Assembly: GCA_002633005.1 (NCBI GenBank)
Contig: NMRA01000089.1
Coordinates: 793,895-857,894, forward strand
DNA from: Phoronis australis
Taxonomy: Eukaryota; Animalia; Phoronida
Length of the DNA stretch: 64,000 bases
Direction of reading: 5' to 3'
Numbering within the stretch: position 1 is the stretch's first letter; every line of letters starts with the position of its first letter. The notes beneath the pieces are model-generated. The model searched no databases. It was not told the origin of the DNA and saw nothing but the letters and a program-made list of their open reading frames with translations. The position numbers and the translations under genes are program-made. Shown piece after piece: positions 48,201 to 55,780 of this stretch.

Positions 48201-49989
48201 AGGTTTCTGCATTCAGAGTAAAACGCATGTTTTTGTTAATTAAAAAATAGTAAATGTTAGTTGCAATAAGCTTGTTTTAAATGCCGCACATGTAAGACTC
48301 GAGGTCAAATTCTCGATGGCAGTACTTGTGCTGTCCAATGTTTAGTGTTTAAAGATAGTTTTATGCTGATTAAGGTCTATTTTCTACTTTAAGATTTCAA
48401 GTTCTTGTCAATAAATCTAAAGCTGCAATTTCTTGCTGTCTGAAAAAACCCAAACTTTCGATGTAGACCACTTGCCTGATTATGAAGCAGGTTTAGACTT
48501 GATGTTTGTTGGTCAGATTGTGAGTGATGTGTGCGCTTGTGAAGAACTGACAGATCGTTATTGCTTGTGACCAAGCTAAACATGGCTTTGCTGTACTGAT
48601 CATGCAATGCACTGGTAGTAATATTCCTGGCAAAAGTAGACTGCTTCTGTGACTTAACACTAGGTGGAGTGCTAATCAGTGCTTTGGTTGAGATGCTTTT
48701 GGCAAATATAGGACAACACATTGGCAGCTAAAGGACAACAGGGGTAAAGCCATGTTATTGAACCTGGTCTGGAGCAATCATCAATTATCAGTCCTTCACA
48801 AGCCCAGGAATCTTTCCATATTTGAGTTACATGCACGCTGCGACCAATTTTAATGTGGTCAGTTGTCTAAGTCAAAACTTCACTGAAGGTGGGTTGCATG
48901 ACAGCTTTGCAAAAGTGAGCCTGGTTAACTATGAGACTGTCGTTCATTTTTTTCAGCATCTCTGGGTATGGTTATAGGAGCCAGTATTGGCTCTGCTCTG
49001 GGACTGGGTGTTGTCATATTTATTGCTGTGTACTGTGTCAGAAGGCGTAAGGACAGAGAGTAAGTTTTATCAAGTATTTACTCTATTCAACCAAATTCGT
49101 CTCAAAGTCCCTCTCTTAAAAACTGAGTGGTACGTTACCAGTGACTTCCAGATTTTTATTCTAACTGGATTTGCTAATTGTGTCTCGTGATGGTGCATGC
49201 TTTGAGAAAGACCACTCTACTGATTACTTATTTCCACATGTATAATAGTTGGTTTATACATACTTCCCTCATCTCAAGGTGTCTGGCATCCACCTGGTGG
49301 TAATTTTAACTCCATTAATGTTGCTCCCTTTAGTGGGCTTGTTTGATTCAGAAGTAATAATACACTGAGAAAAAACATTAGGTTAGAGTAATTCCTGGGT
49401 AGTTTCATTAATGCAAAAATCTGTCTAAGCCAGTGTGATTATGATGTTCACTCAGTGTTGCAAGTTCTAACACTGTTGTAAATGTCCACAGTTTTTCAAA
49501 ATATTGTGTGGTTGTAGCTATGTTACATAACTTGAACCTGGAAAAGCTACATGTCCTTTATGAATAGAATTAGAAATAAATTTTCACTTGTCTCCCATAT
49601 TGTTTCCTAAAGGCGTGAGATTTGCCCTGTTGTTGTGTTGTAACAAACCTTTGAACCAACTTTGTAGCCACCTGCTATAATTATTTTACCTCCTCAATCT
49701 TACTATGCTCTAATACGATCCCATCTGCTAGGACAACCCTCGTAATCCTGCCAGTGAGAAAAGAGTTAAAGATGTCAACTGGCCATTCTGGTTAATTTAT
49801 CTGATCCGTGTTGTTTGACATACTCTCTACCCGATATCTCATACTTGCAGGCATTTCCGTTTGAAGATCCTGGATGAAGATGATGATGGTATACCCGATT
49901 TATCTCTGAGTTCCCATGACGACAGAGCTTCATCTGTGACCAACTTCACAAACCCCACATACTCTAGACTCACAAATGCTGACCTCTGA
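23238..49989 (+). CDS. Uncharacterised type I transmembrane protein with 7 tandem lamin-tail-like (LTD) repeats, SEA-like module and FxNPxY tail; 20 coding exons, ~1547 aa
   Basis: Exons: 23238-24273, 25448-25632, 27327-27460, 27676-27841, 28422-28554, 30319-30683, 31429-31602, 32421-32586, 32927-33095, 33494-33630, 34856-35071, 36782-37074, 37546-37692, 38660-38900, 39418-39584, 46287-46486, 47143-47420, 47980-48174, 48957-49059, 49851-49989. All introns are GT-AG, all phases are compatible, and the total is 4644 nt (1548 codons) with no internal stop. Confidence 0.9.
25448..25632 (+). CDS. LTD-repeat protein exon 2
   Basis: GQYQIEKDPRDISTVSRC...YPTPGCANDKKC...QQDL|gtgagg. Confidence 0.85.
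27327..27460 (+). CDS. LTD-repeat protein exon 3 (start of repeat 3)
   Basis: LIINEIDAHYIHKAKDEFIEIYDQGQGLIDLTDITVAFFYTATN|gtaagc; missed by the ORF track. Confidence 0.88.
27676..27841 (+). CDS. LTD-repeat protein exon 4
   Basis: SYITYDLSGYRTNEQGYFTIAS...FRYMK|gtacta. Confidence 0.85.
28422..28554 (+). CDS. LTD-repeat protein exon 5
   Basis: LTTTNLLDAVLFKKGGEPDNTALLNYLLVPPGQPQLVVRPTGFI|gtaagt. Confidence 0.87.
29090..30179 (+). mobile_element. Helentron-associated (HINE/DINE-1-like) element with internal tandem array
   Basis: Repeated gtgc(c)ccctagtggcaatttt and ttttcatgaaatttgg units; the 3' end caatgctctgtgttgcttatgtt is homologous to 46202-46223. Confidence 0.6.
30319..30683 (+). CDS. 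LTD-repeat protein exon 6 (end of repeat 3, start of repeat 4)
   Basis: NTSLSRC...TPGGPNHCELPPVVISEIN...DFVEL...TDANGFFVVG...DFIA|gtaagt. Confidence 0.88.
31429..31602 (+). CDS. LTD-repeat protein exon 7
   Basis: NGPSAIALYYG...LIDAVCYG...LTPGRQQ|gtgaga. Confidence 0.88.
32421..32586 (+). CDS. LTD-repeat protein exon 8
   Basis: VTEPIGHSVRDESINRC...SAGSENVCNMTRPTLPPPKMTLDPP|gtcagt. Confidence 0.85.
32927..33095 (+). CDS. LTD-repeat protein exon 9 (start of repeat 5)
   Basis: ELIINEVDS...AFIELYS...LDGYTLVFYD...FDLSGR|gtaact. Confidence 0.88.
33494..33630 (+). CDS. LTD-repeat protein exon 10
   Basis: RTNSNGYFVIGGS...DAIVLYYAPARWFVK|gtattg. Confidence 0.85.
34238..34820 (+). repeat. Tandem repeat with (CA)n microsatellite spacers, containing a 290-N assembly gap (34387-34676)
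   Basis: The unit (CA)n-catat.ccttggaataatattggcatt...atgtttactgtttctcagctttggtca is present on both sides of the gap. Confidence 0.85.
34856..35071 (+). CDS. LTD-repeat protein exon 11
   Basis: GKTKIMLQNIVDYV...LYPGQ...SISRC...PPTP|gtctgt. Confidence 0.85.
35488..36060. mobile_element. Tourist-like PIF/Harbinger MITE (573 bp)
   Basis: ~40-bp TIR GGGCTGTTCCAGYAAAATCTGTRTGGGAGGGGGGGAA with a TAA target-site duplication at 35485-87 and 36061-63. Confidence 0.85.
36782..37074 (+). CDS. LTD-repeat protein exon 12 (start of repeat 6)
   Basis: GKKNNCTRQQVLINEVS...DFVELFDGGAGRTPLTGLTVVFF...DLTGYQTNIKGYY...TIYN|gtaaga. Confidence 0.87.
37546..37692 (+). CDS. LTD-repeat protein exon 13
   Basis: AHGDEFPVDSVANTTDLVDAVIF...LLPGQKILTADFQ|gtatgt. 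Confidence 0.87.
38660..38900 (+). CDS. LTD-repeat protein exon 14 (end of repeat 6, start of repeat 7)
   Basis: QGTKSLRRCC...PTPGLPNNC...VVINEIDSDQHGPDTHEFIELK|gtatat. Confidence 0.88.
39070..39231. mobile_element. hAT-like MITE (second, truncated copy at 57265-57385)
   Basis: Ends CAGTGGCGCATTTAGG / CCTGGATCCACACCTG. The interior is nearly identical to 57265-57385 (ggggcaaggagg.catg...cccctaaaatt...gaatgtctgacgg(g)caaaatcctggct). No clear TSD. Confidence 0.6.
39418..39584 (+). CDS. LTD-repeat protein exon 15
   Basis: GAPGTRLDGYSLVLFNG...LDGYRVNSNGLFTIGS...FMNM|gtaggt. Confidence 0.88.
39757..40086 (+). repeat. Helentron-array family copy interrupted by the 4.5-kb TIR element (resumes at 44631-44702)
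   Basis: Joining the flanks gives ggccatttttactgtact[TA]ctaacaccccttgaagcatactgtttgc, which matches intact family ends at ~30088-30140 and ~46133-46180. Confidence 0.65.
40089..44628. mobile_element. 4.54-kb non-autonomous Tc1/mariner-pogo-like DNA transposon
   Basis: Perfect 25-bp TIR CGGTAAAGTCGCGTGATTTTCGGAC, TA duplicated at 40087-88 and 44629-30, and subterminal TTCGGACA repeats (~40217, 40258, 44489, 44530). No intact transposase ORF. Confidence 0.88.
44710..46223 (+). mobile_element. Apparently complete Helentron-associated (HINE/DINE-1-like) element
   Basis: 5' ATTAGCCCACAT...ATGTGGG palindrome, then a GTCY-like microsatellite, an internal tandem array, a 3' subterminal GTGGGC (46190), a hairpin CAACG..CGTTG (46202-46216) and a CTCTTGT end. 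Confidence 0.7.
46287..46486 (+). CDS. LTD-repeat protein exon 16
   Basis: GLVQNGIDAVTLF...LRDAVFY...IIEDQ|gttagt. Confidence 0.87.
47143..47420 (+). CDS. LTD-repeat protein exon 17 (end of repeat 7, juxtamembrane module)
   Basis: FRDGTESINRCSC...PTPNQPNAC...KKCNCGFSADYIA|gtgagc. Confidence 0.85.
47980..48174 (+). CDS. LTD-repeat protein exon 18
   Basis: NFSIIRCGSITFEGYLQAIN...KCHMTCSPSNEKH|gtaagt. Confidence 0.8.
48957..49059 (+). CDS. LTD-repeat protein exon 19 (transmembrane helix)
   Basis: PSLGMVIGASIGSALGLGVVIFIAVYCV followed by the basic stop-transfer sequence RRRKDR|gtaagt. Confidence 0.87.
49851..49989 (+). CDS. LTD-repeat protein exon 20 (cytoplasmic tail)
   Basis: EHFRLKILDEDDDGIPDLSLSSHDDRASSVTNFTNPTYSRLTNADL*. 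Confidence 0.85.
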
Positions 49990-50741
49990 GGTCATTTTTA
50001 GATGAAGACCAAGATCGTTCCCTTGTCTGCAAAATCAGTGTTTGCGGCACTTAGAACTAAAAGTTGTTAAATGAAGTTGTGAAGATTTTTCTCGCGGGAA
50101 TGTCTCAGTCATTATTTGCAGCTTCTTTTTTCTGTGAGTTAATCAAAAGTATTTTAAACCAGGTTTTAACATGTTATTAAATACCATCTGCCACTACATT
50201 AATATGTGAATCTCTATCAGAAAATTATTCAGTAAGCCTCATCAATCTTCAAAAGTTTGAGGTGAGCTTGAAAATTTCTTTCAAAGTTTGCCTAGTGGGT
50301 TAGTGGAACTAATTCTTCAGGCAGTTTAGCGACGGTTGTGAGAAAGGACTGGCCATCTTGAACTATGGGATCTAGTATATTGCGCCACTTGGACGGAGTG
50401 TCGCAGCTGTTCAGTAATTTATCTCTCGGGGGAGATAATAGTCGTACATTATCATGCGATGTGGTCAGTGGAGAGTCAATTTCCAAAACAGGGTCAGATT
50501 AGTTAGACTAGGAAATCTAGTGAAGTCTGTACTAAGTGATGCCAAGTTCTGTTTTGTTCATAAGATTTACATGAAGTGGTGTCAACTGTGAGGCATGTTA
50601 TCCCTTTCTCTTATGGGCAGAGGCAACATATAGTGCTTAGCTTTGCCCAACTGTTGCTTGTTGTATGTAAGTACAACAATTGAACACCATGAGGTTGTTG
50701 CTAATGATATGCTTCAGTCATTTCTTGTTTCACTGAATGCG

Positions 50742-51253
50742 AGCTTAACCTATCTAATACATAATATAACACTGTGCTAATAACTTGTGTTGTTATACCA
50801 AGGGGTGAAAACAGTTCTATGATGATCAAGCATCTAAATTCCAGCTGCAATCTCCTAAACTCCAGTTCTGGACAAGCAGACAGGAAACCTGTAGTACAAA
50901 TTCACAGACCCCACTCCACATAGCTCTAAATGCTGTTATGATGACAAAACACATGTCGTGGGAACCAGATTTCACGACTGCCCCTCTAACTTCCAGTTGT
51001 GGACTAAAGGTGCAGCCATGGAACCTGGTTCCTGAGGCTGAGCGTTAGTTGCTGGTTATGGAGCATCTCGGTGCTTGTTTGGAGTTTGTGGGTTCGGGTA
51101 TAGAGATTTGTACTGTGGGTTTGGTGTCACCAGGTCTGTGAATGGTGTTCATTGGATCTTAGCTGAAATTTAGAGGCATGGTCATGGAATTGTTTCCATC
51201 TCTTGTACATTAATTTTTGTCATTTTGTTGTTATCTATTGCTTTTTTAAGTTG
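50742..51253 (+). repeat. Long imperfect palindrome in the predicted 3'UTR
   Basis: Nested complementary blocks 50833-46/51161-74, 50893-901/51106-14 and 50961-85/51008-32, with apex tcca-gttg-tgga at 50992-51003. Confidence 0.8.
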
Positions 51254-51809
51254 TAATTGATATCTTTTCAGTTTGTTACAGTTTTTTTTCTAATTGATGG
51301 GGAGATTACAGAGAGACATACTAATTGGTTTTTTTTTCACTCTTCCCTAGTTTTTAATGACATTGTCAAAGGTACTCATAAGGCTCCTCTTGTCATGTCT
51401 TGCACAGTACGATGTATGGCATGGCCAGTAGAGGGCACTGTTTACTCGTAAATAGTTCAATACATGCTCTGAAGTTTTCCTCTTCATTGGAACTAAAATG
51501 TTGTTATGATCAGTCAGACAGACCATGTCTTGAAGCAATAGTTGTTATGGTAAAAGTGTGTAATTCACTTAACTATTGTTGGCATTTGTTTTGTTTATTA
51601 ACCCTGTAACAGTGAAAAGTGCTACGAACATGGAGCAATACCAGGTTAGAGAAAGTAGTGCAATGTAGACCTAAAATCTCTGTTTAGTGTGTGAATCTGA
51701 TGGTGTGTTTTGTACAGTTTGTAGTGTTAAGTTTTGTAATAGTGTTGCCAAAGATCAGTTTGAGCTGAGCTATTTATTGCCCTAGTACTCTGCTTCCTCT
51801 CACTCCACA

Positions 51810-51993
51810 ATTGACCTATCGCTAGAATTTGCAGGGACAGCTTAACTGACCAATCAGAACACAGCATTCTTGATAGTCTTCATTTCCAAGCTGTCATTTT
51901 ACCTGTCAAACAACTTGTCTGGTAAAACATATTGTTAGTTTGTTGCGTGTCATGTGACTTTTCGCAAGGGGGCAGAGCTTGTGATAGGTCAAT
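51810..51993. mobile_element. Small MITE (partial inverted copy at 14593-14660)
   Basis: TIR ATTGACCTATCRC at both ends; the right arm matches gacctatcgcaagctccgcctccttgcgaaaagtcacgtgac at ~14595. Confidence 0.6.
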
Positions 51994-53135
51994 TTGAAGC
52001 GAGTTACGTTGTCAGCAGGATCTCAACTGATTTTTTATCAGACGAATGCATAGCGTCAGGAATTGTTTGTGGTTGGGTACTAATGGTTTGAAGAAAGAAT
52101 TCAAATTGTGTTCCGTTCAGTGAGGGTTTTCCATTTTTAGTTCACCTCAGTCAAATTTTAAGAACTACGTGAATTTTTTAAGGTTTGTTGTAGAAATATT
52201 GCCAGTGGAGACATTGTCACTATATGTGTGTCAAATAGATGTGTAGGACAGAAGTACCCTGGAGAAGTTAACGTAATCGTTTAGGTTTGCAAAACATAAT
52301 TTGTGTTCTACACCAAAACCTGCGTGGTGCGCACAGACTTGGATTGAAATTCATCTGGAAAAGTTGTGGAATTTTCTTTTGTCATTGAAAAGTTTTTGAA
52401 TTGATGAGCTGTCTGAAGAATTTATTTTTTGTCTTAAAGTTGATAACTATTACGTTAGAAATTTTGTTTGTTTGACATGAGCCCAAATGTTAGAAATTGT
52501 CTAACAGTCATCTATGCCAGTGATTGTGAGGTTTCATACATGTGCACTGATTGCAACAAACACTTTTTAATTTATGTGGAAGAAATTTCTGAAATATTAT
52601 CTTGAAAATCATGGAAAAGACATGGATAGAGGTGTAACTTCGTTGTCAAAAGTCTGTGCAGACCATTACCTGGCTCTGATTGTTGTTTTTAATTCTAAGT
52701 AACCTCTGATTAGTTTGTGATTGCAGAAATGCAAGCTGATTACTTCAGAGGTATAAAGTTTGTGTTCTCCATCTTCTCAAAGTCAGTGCTGACATTTTTT
52801 TCAGAACGTGACTAGAGACCCCCAAGATTTCTGTGGAAATTATTGATCTATAATGTTGAGTGACTGGGTAAAACTTATTGCTTGATATTCTTCATAAGTG
52901 CAATTCATAGCTTTTGAAAATGGCATTGTCGTTATTACCGTTTCTTTTGCTTTTCTTTGGCATTGCATTGTAGAACAGCTCATGTTGATATTAATATTGT
53001 GTTTAGTTTCTGCATTCTGTAAAAGTATTGATTAGAAAGAGTTGTTTTATTTGAGCTGTAACTCGTTTTAAAAGACCATATGTTTCTAATTACATAACAG
53101 GTAGGTGTCTTGTTATTAATAGTCACCTTTTTACA

Positions 53136-53141
53136 AATAAA
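53136..53141 (+). terminator. Candidate polyadenylation signal of the LTD-repeat gene (alternative at 54003-54008)
   Basis: AATAAA after about 3.1 kb of T/G-skewed sequence downstream of the stop codon. Confidence 0.35.
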
Positions 53142-54724
53142 TGACAACTTAGGCTACACCTGCCCAGATTGCTGACCTGTGGGATTCTGCTTGTTCTTCG
53201 TCTGCTTCTGTTGAAATTTTGCATAGTCATCATTTAATTGACGATCTTTAATTCACTCTGCACTCAAAACATGGTTTGCTTCTTTGGCAATATTAGTTCC
53301 TGGTATTACTCTATGTTATGAGTCATTTGCAACCATGATTAGTTTTGAGCCAACTCCATTTCCAAGAATTCATTGCACACGTCAGTAGTCGATTCCATGT
53401 GGGAGTGTGATGAAGTTTAGACCAAGGAGCAGTTTTTCGAAAAGTCTTGGGCAAGAAGTCAGAAAGTCTGTGTACAACTCGAAGCCATAAGTCAGAAATC
53501 GGGAGTAGACTAAAAGCCACTGCCAAAGGACAAAAAATCAACTTTTGGCTTTAGACTTTGAGAAACGAGCCAGTGGGATACAGGCATCCGTTGGTTATAT
53601 TGTGTGCTCTGTCTAAAGGAGTTCCTCCGAAGGCAACTAGAAGGTGGAGTGCCTCTGCTTGTTAGTACATAATGACCAACTAGTTTGTTTAGTTTCCAGT
53701 TCCAATTGTATTTACAGTTAATATTTCTTTATTTTGAATGTTTATTTATCAAAATAATCTGTGGTGCGTTCAATAAGGCTAATGTGATGCCAGTGTCTAG
53801 TAAGGTCAACTAGTTACTTGCAAACACTTATAAGGAATTGTTCCATACGCGCGTGATTTTGCAGGATCCCGTCAAACTCGGGAGTCATCCCTGTTGGACG
53901 CCCCTTGGTATTTGCCACGCCAGTTTTTAACATGTACAGTGTGTATGTTGTTATCTTTAGCATTTTTTGCTTTGCACAAGTAGTTACTGACATTCCAAGG
54001 CAAATAAAAGTTGTCGGCTTATATTCAACTTTGTTTATTGCAGAAATCGTTCGAAATACATCATTGGAACATAAAGGGCGAACCGTGCCTTTGTGGGCTC
54101 TACTTATAATCTCACAAATTTTGAATTTAAAATTATGTGCTGTAATCTGTCTTCTGTGTACTCAGGCTATATTTTTGACGAGGTGCGCAGGATTTCAACC
54201 CTCTTTCTAGAAAGTGGGTTCAAACTTATGGAGAACCAACATGATTTTGCTATTAAACTGATGAATACTGGGCGTGCACTGCATGCTTCTTGTTTTACGA
54301 CTGAGACAATTATTTCGTATGCTGCCACTGGTGTTTCCAAACCAAACTTACATGATTGCCTTTCTTTACGGTTCCAACATTTTTAAAAAAACTTCGGATT
54401 CAGTGCAACACTTGTCCGTTGCCTGCACAAGAAACGACATGTACAGTAAACTAATGGTATAACGATCACAGCGGGGTTGCGTAAAATCCACTAGTAAGTT
54501 TAATTGTTGCATGATATCAGCATGAGGCCAACATTTGGCTTCAATTTTGTCACCCCAACGCTGTAAGTCGGACTGTGACTAACCCGTCCTTTCACATAAA
54601 AGTTAAATGCGTGTGGCTTAGCCGCGCTGCTGAAGAAAACATTCGCTAATTTCTCTAACAATGCACCGATAAACGAACACGGCTAAACCAATCTTAAAAA
54701 CAGTCATACTTTTTTACTTCGGAA

Positions 54725-54935
54725 CACGTACTCTTAACAGGTGCGTTGTTACGATAGTAATTATCTCGTCCACTACAAACTTGAGATAACAGATAGACAG
54801 ATTAGCTCTTGTGACAGCGCCATCAAGCCTTTGATGTGCCGAGAACTTCGCCAGAGTCGGACTGTGGAGTGAAATAGGTGCACGCATTTGCTCCATTTGC
54901 GTGCGAATAATGTTTGCGTACGAGTTGCCTAATGA
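54725..54935 (+). repeat. Dispersed repeat, homolog of 5565-5790
   Basis: See the 5565-5790 entry. Confidence 0.7.
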
Positions 54936-55190
54936 GGTTCATTGTTCCACTATACGTAGCAACGGACGCGTGATGATGCGACGTACGCCATTGGCTGCTA
55001 TCCCGAACGCCTACTAACGGTTGCGTAACCGGGTCGTGGTTGTTCACGTAACGCCGCCAGTGTTATGTTTCAATTCTAATCTCAAATAGAGCTTTGACGT
55101 GTGACATTGGAAACTGCTATGCCGTGTACTACAGGGGTTAATTTAAGCTGCCATAAACCCTAGTTCCGTCAAAGAAACTTGCTGTAGGCC

Positions 55191-55780
55191 GGTTGTTGCA
55201 TGTTGTTGTTGTAATTGAGCAACGAGATACTTGGGGGGAGTGCTAGTTCCTATATAGCCGGGAAGGAGGTGGGTTGGGAGACGTCCTCCAGGTCTGGAGT
55301 TGAAGTCCAGTTCTCCCATAATTTAAGCGTGAGATGGGGATATTTGGCGAGGGTGTCAGGAGGGGTTGGAGTAGTTGGGGGCGGTGCTTCCTCAGTCAGA
55401 CATTCATATATAACGTGTTCAGCTGTTTCGTCACCCCGTTCGGCTGCAGGATGACAGCCGTGGTAAGCCAACTTGTCAATATCAGAAGACCCTCTGCTAT
55501 TTCGCGAGTATTTGACCGTGCCGGATTTACTACTGGCAAGTGGGCAATTAATATTACACTGAATCGCATTATCTCCAAGAAAGGACCTCTTCTGAAAGGG
55601 GGGGGGGGTGAAATACACATATCATTAAGAAAATGGGAAAAGTGACAGTTAATTCCATCATTGCCTGGTGACCCTCCAAGAGGCGACCTTCCTTAACATA
55701 AATGTATGATTTCACAAATAAAGGATCAGAGAGGAACCTGTTCCGTAAACGGGCCCCTAAGAAGAAGGGACACAAATGAA
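55191..55780 (-). mobile_element. 5'-truncated, decayed non-LTR retrotransposon 3' end (I/Nimb-like)
   Basis: The minus-strand peptide ...ERGDETAEHVIYECL matches the ET..H..C zinc-knuckle end of LINE ORF2. It is followed by a (CAA)n tail (caattacaacaacaacatgcaacaacc, 55217-55191). The 5' boundary is uncertain. Confidence 0.6.

Noticed and set aside
23238-49989. Bacterial contamination as the source of the bacterial-looking LTD repeats
   Set aside because: The gene has 19 canonical spliceosomal introns filled with animal transposons, a eukaryotic sorting motif, and animal MTR and STS neighbours.
54093-54462. ORFs of 62-97 aa downstream of the receptor
   Set aside because: No recognisable motif and no consistent splice sites.
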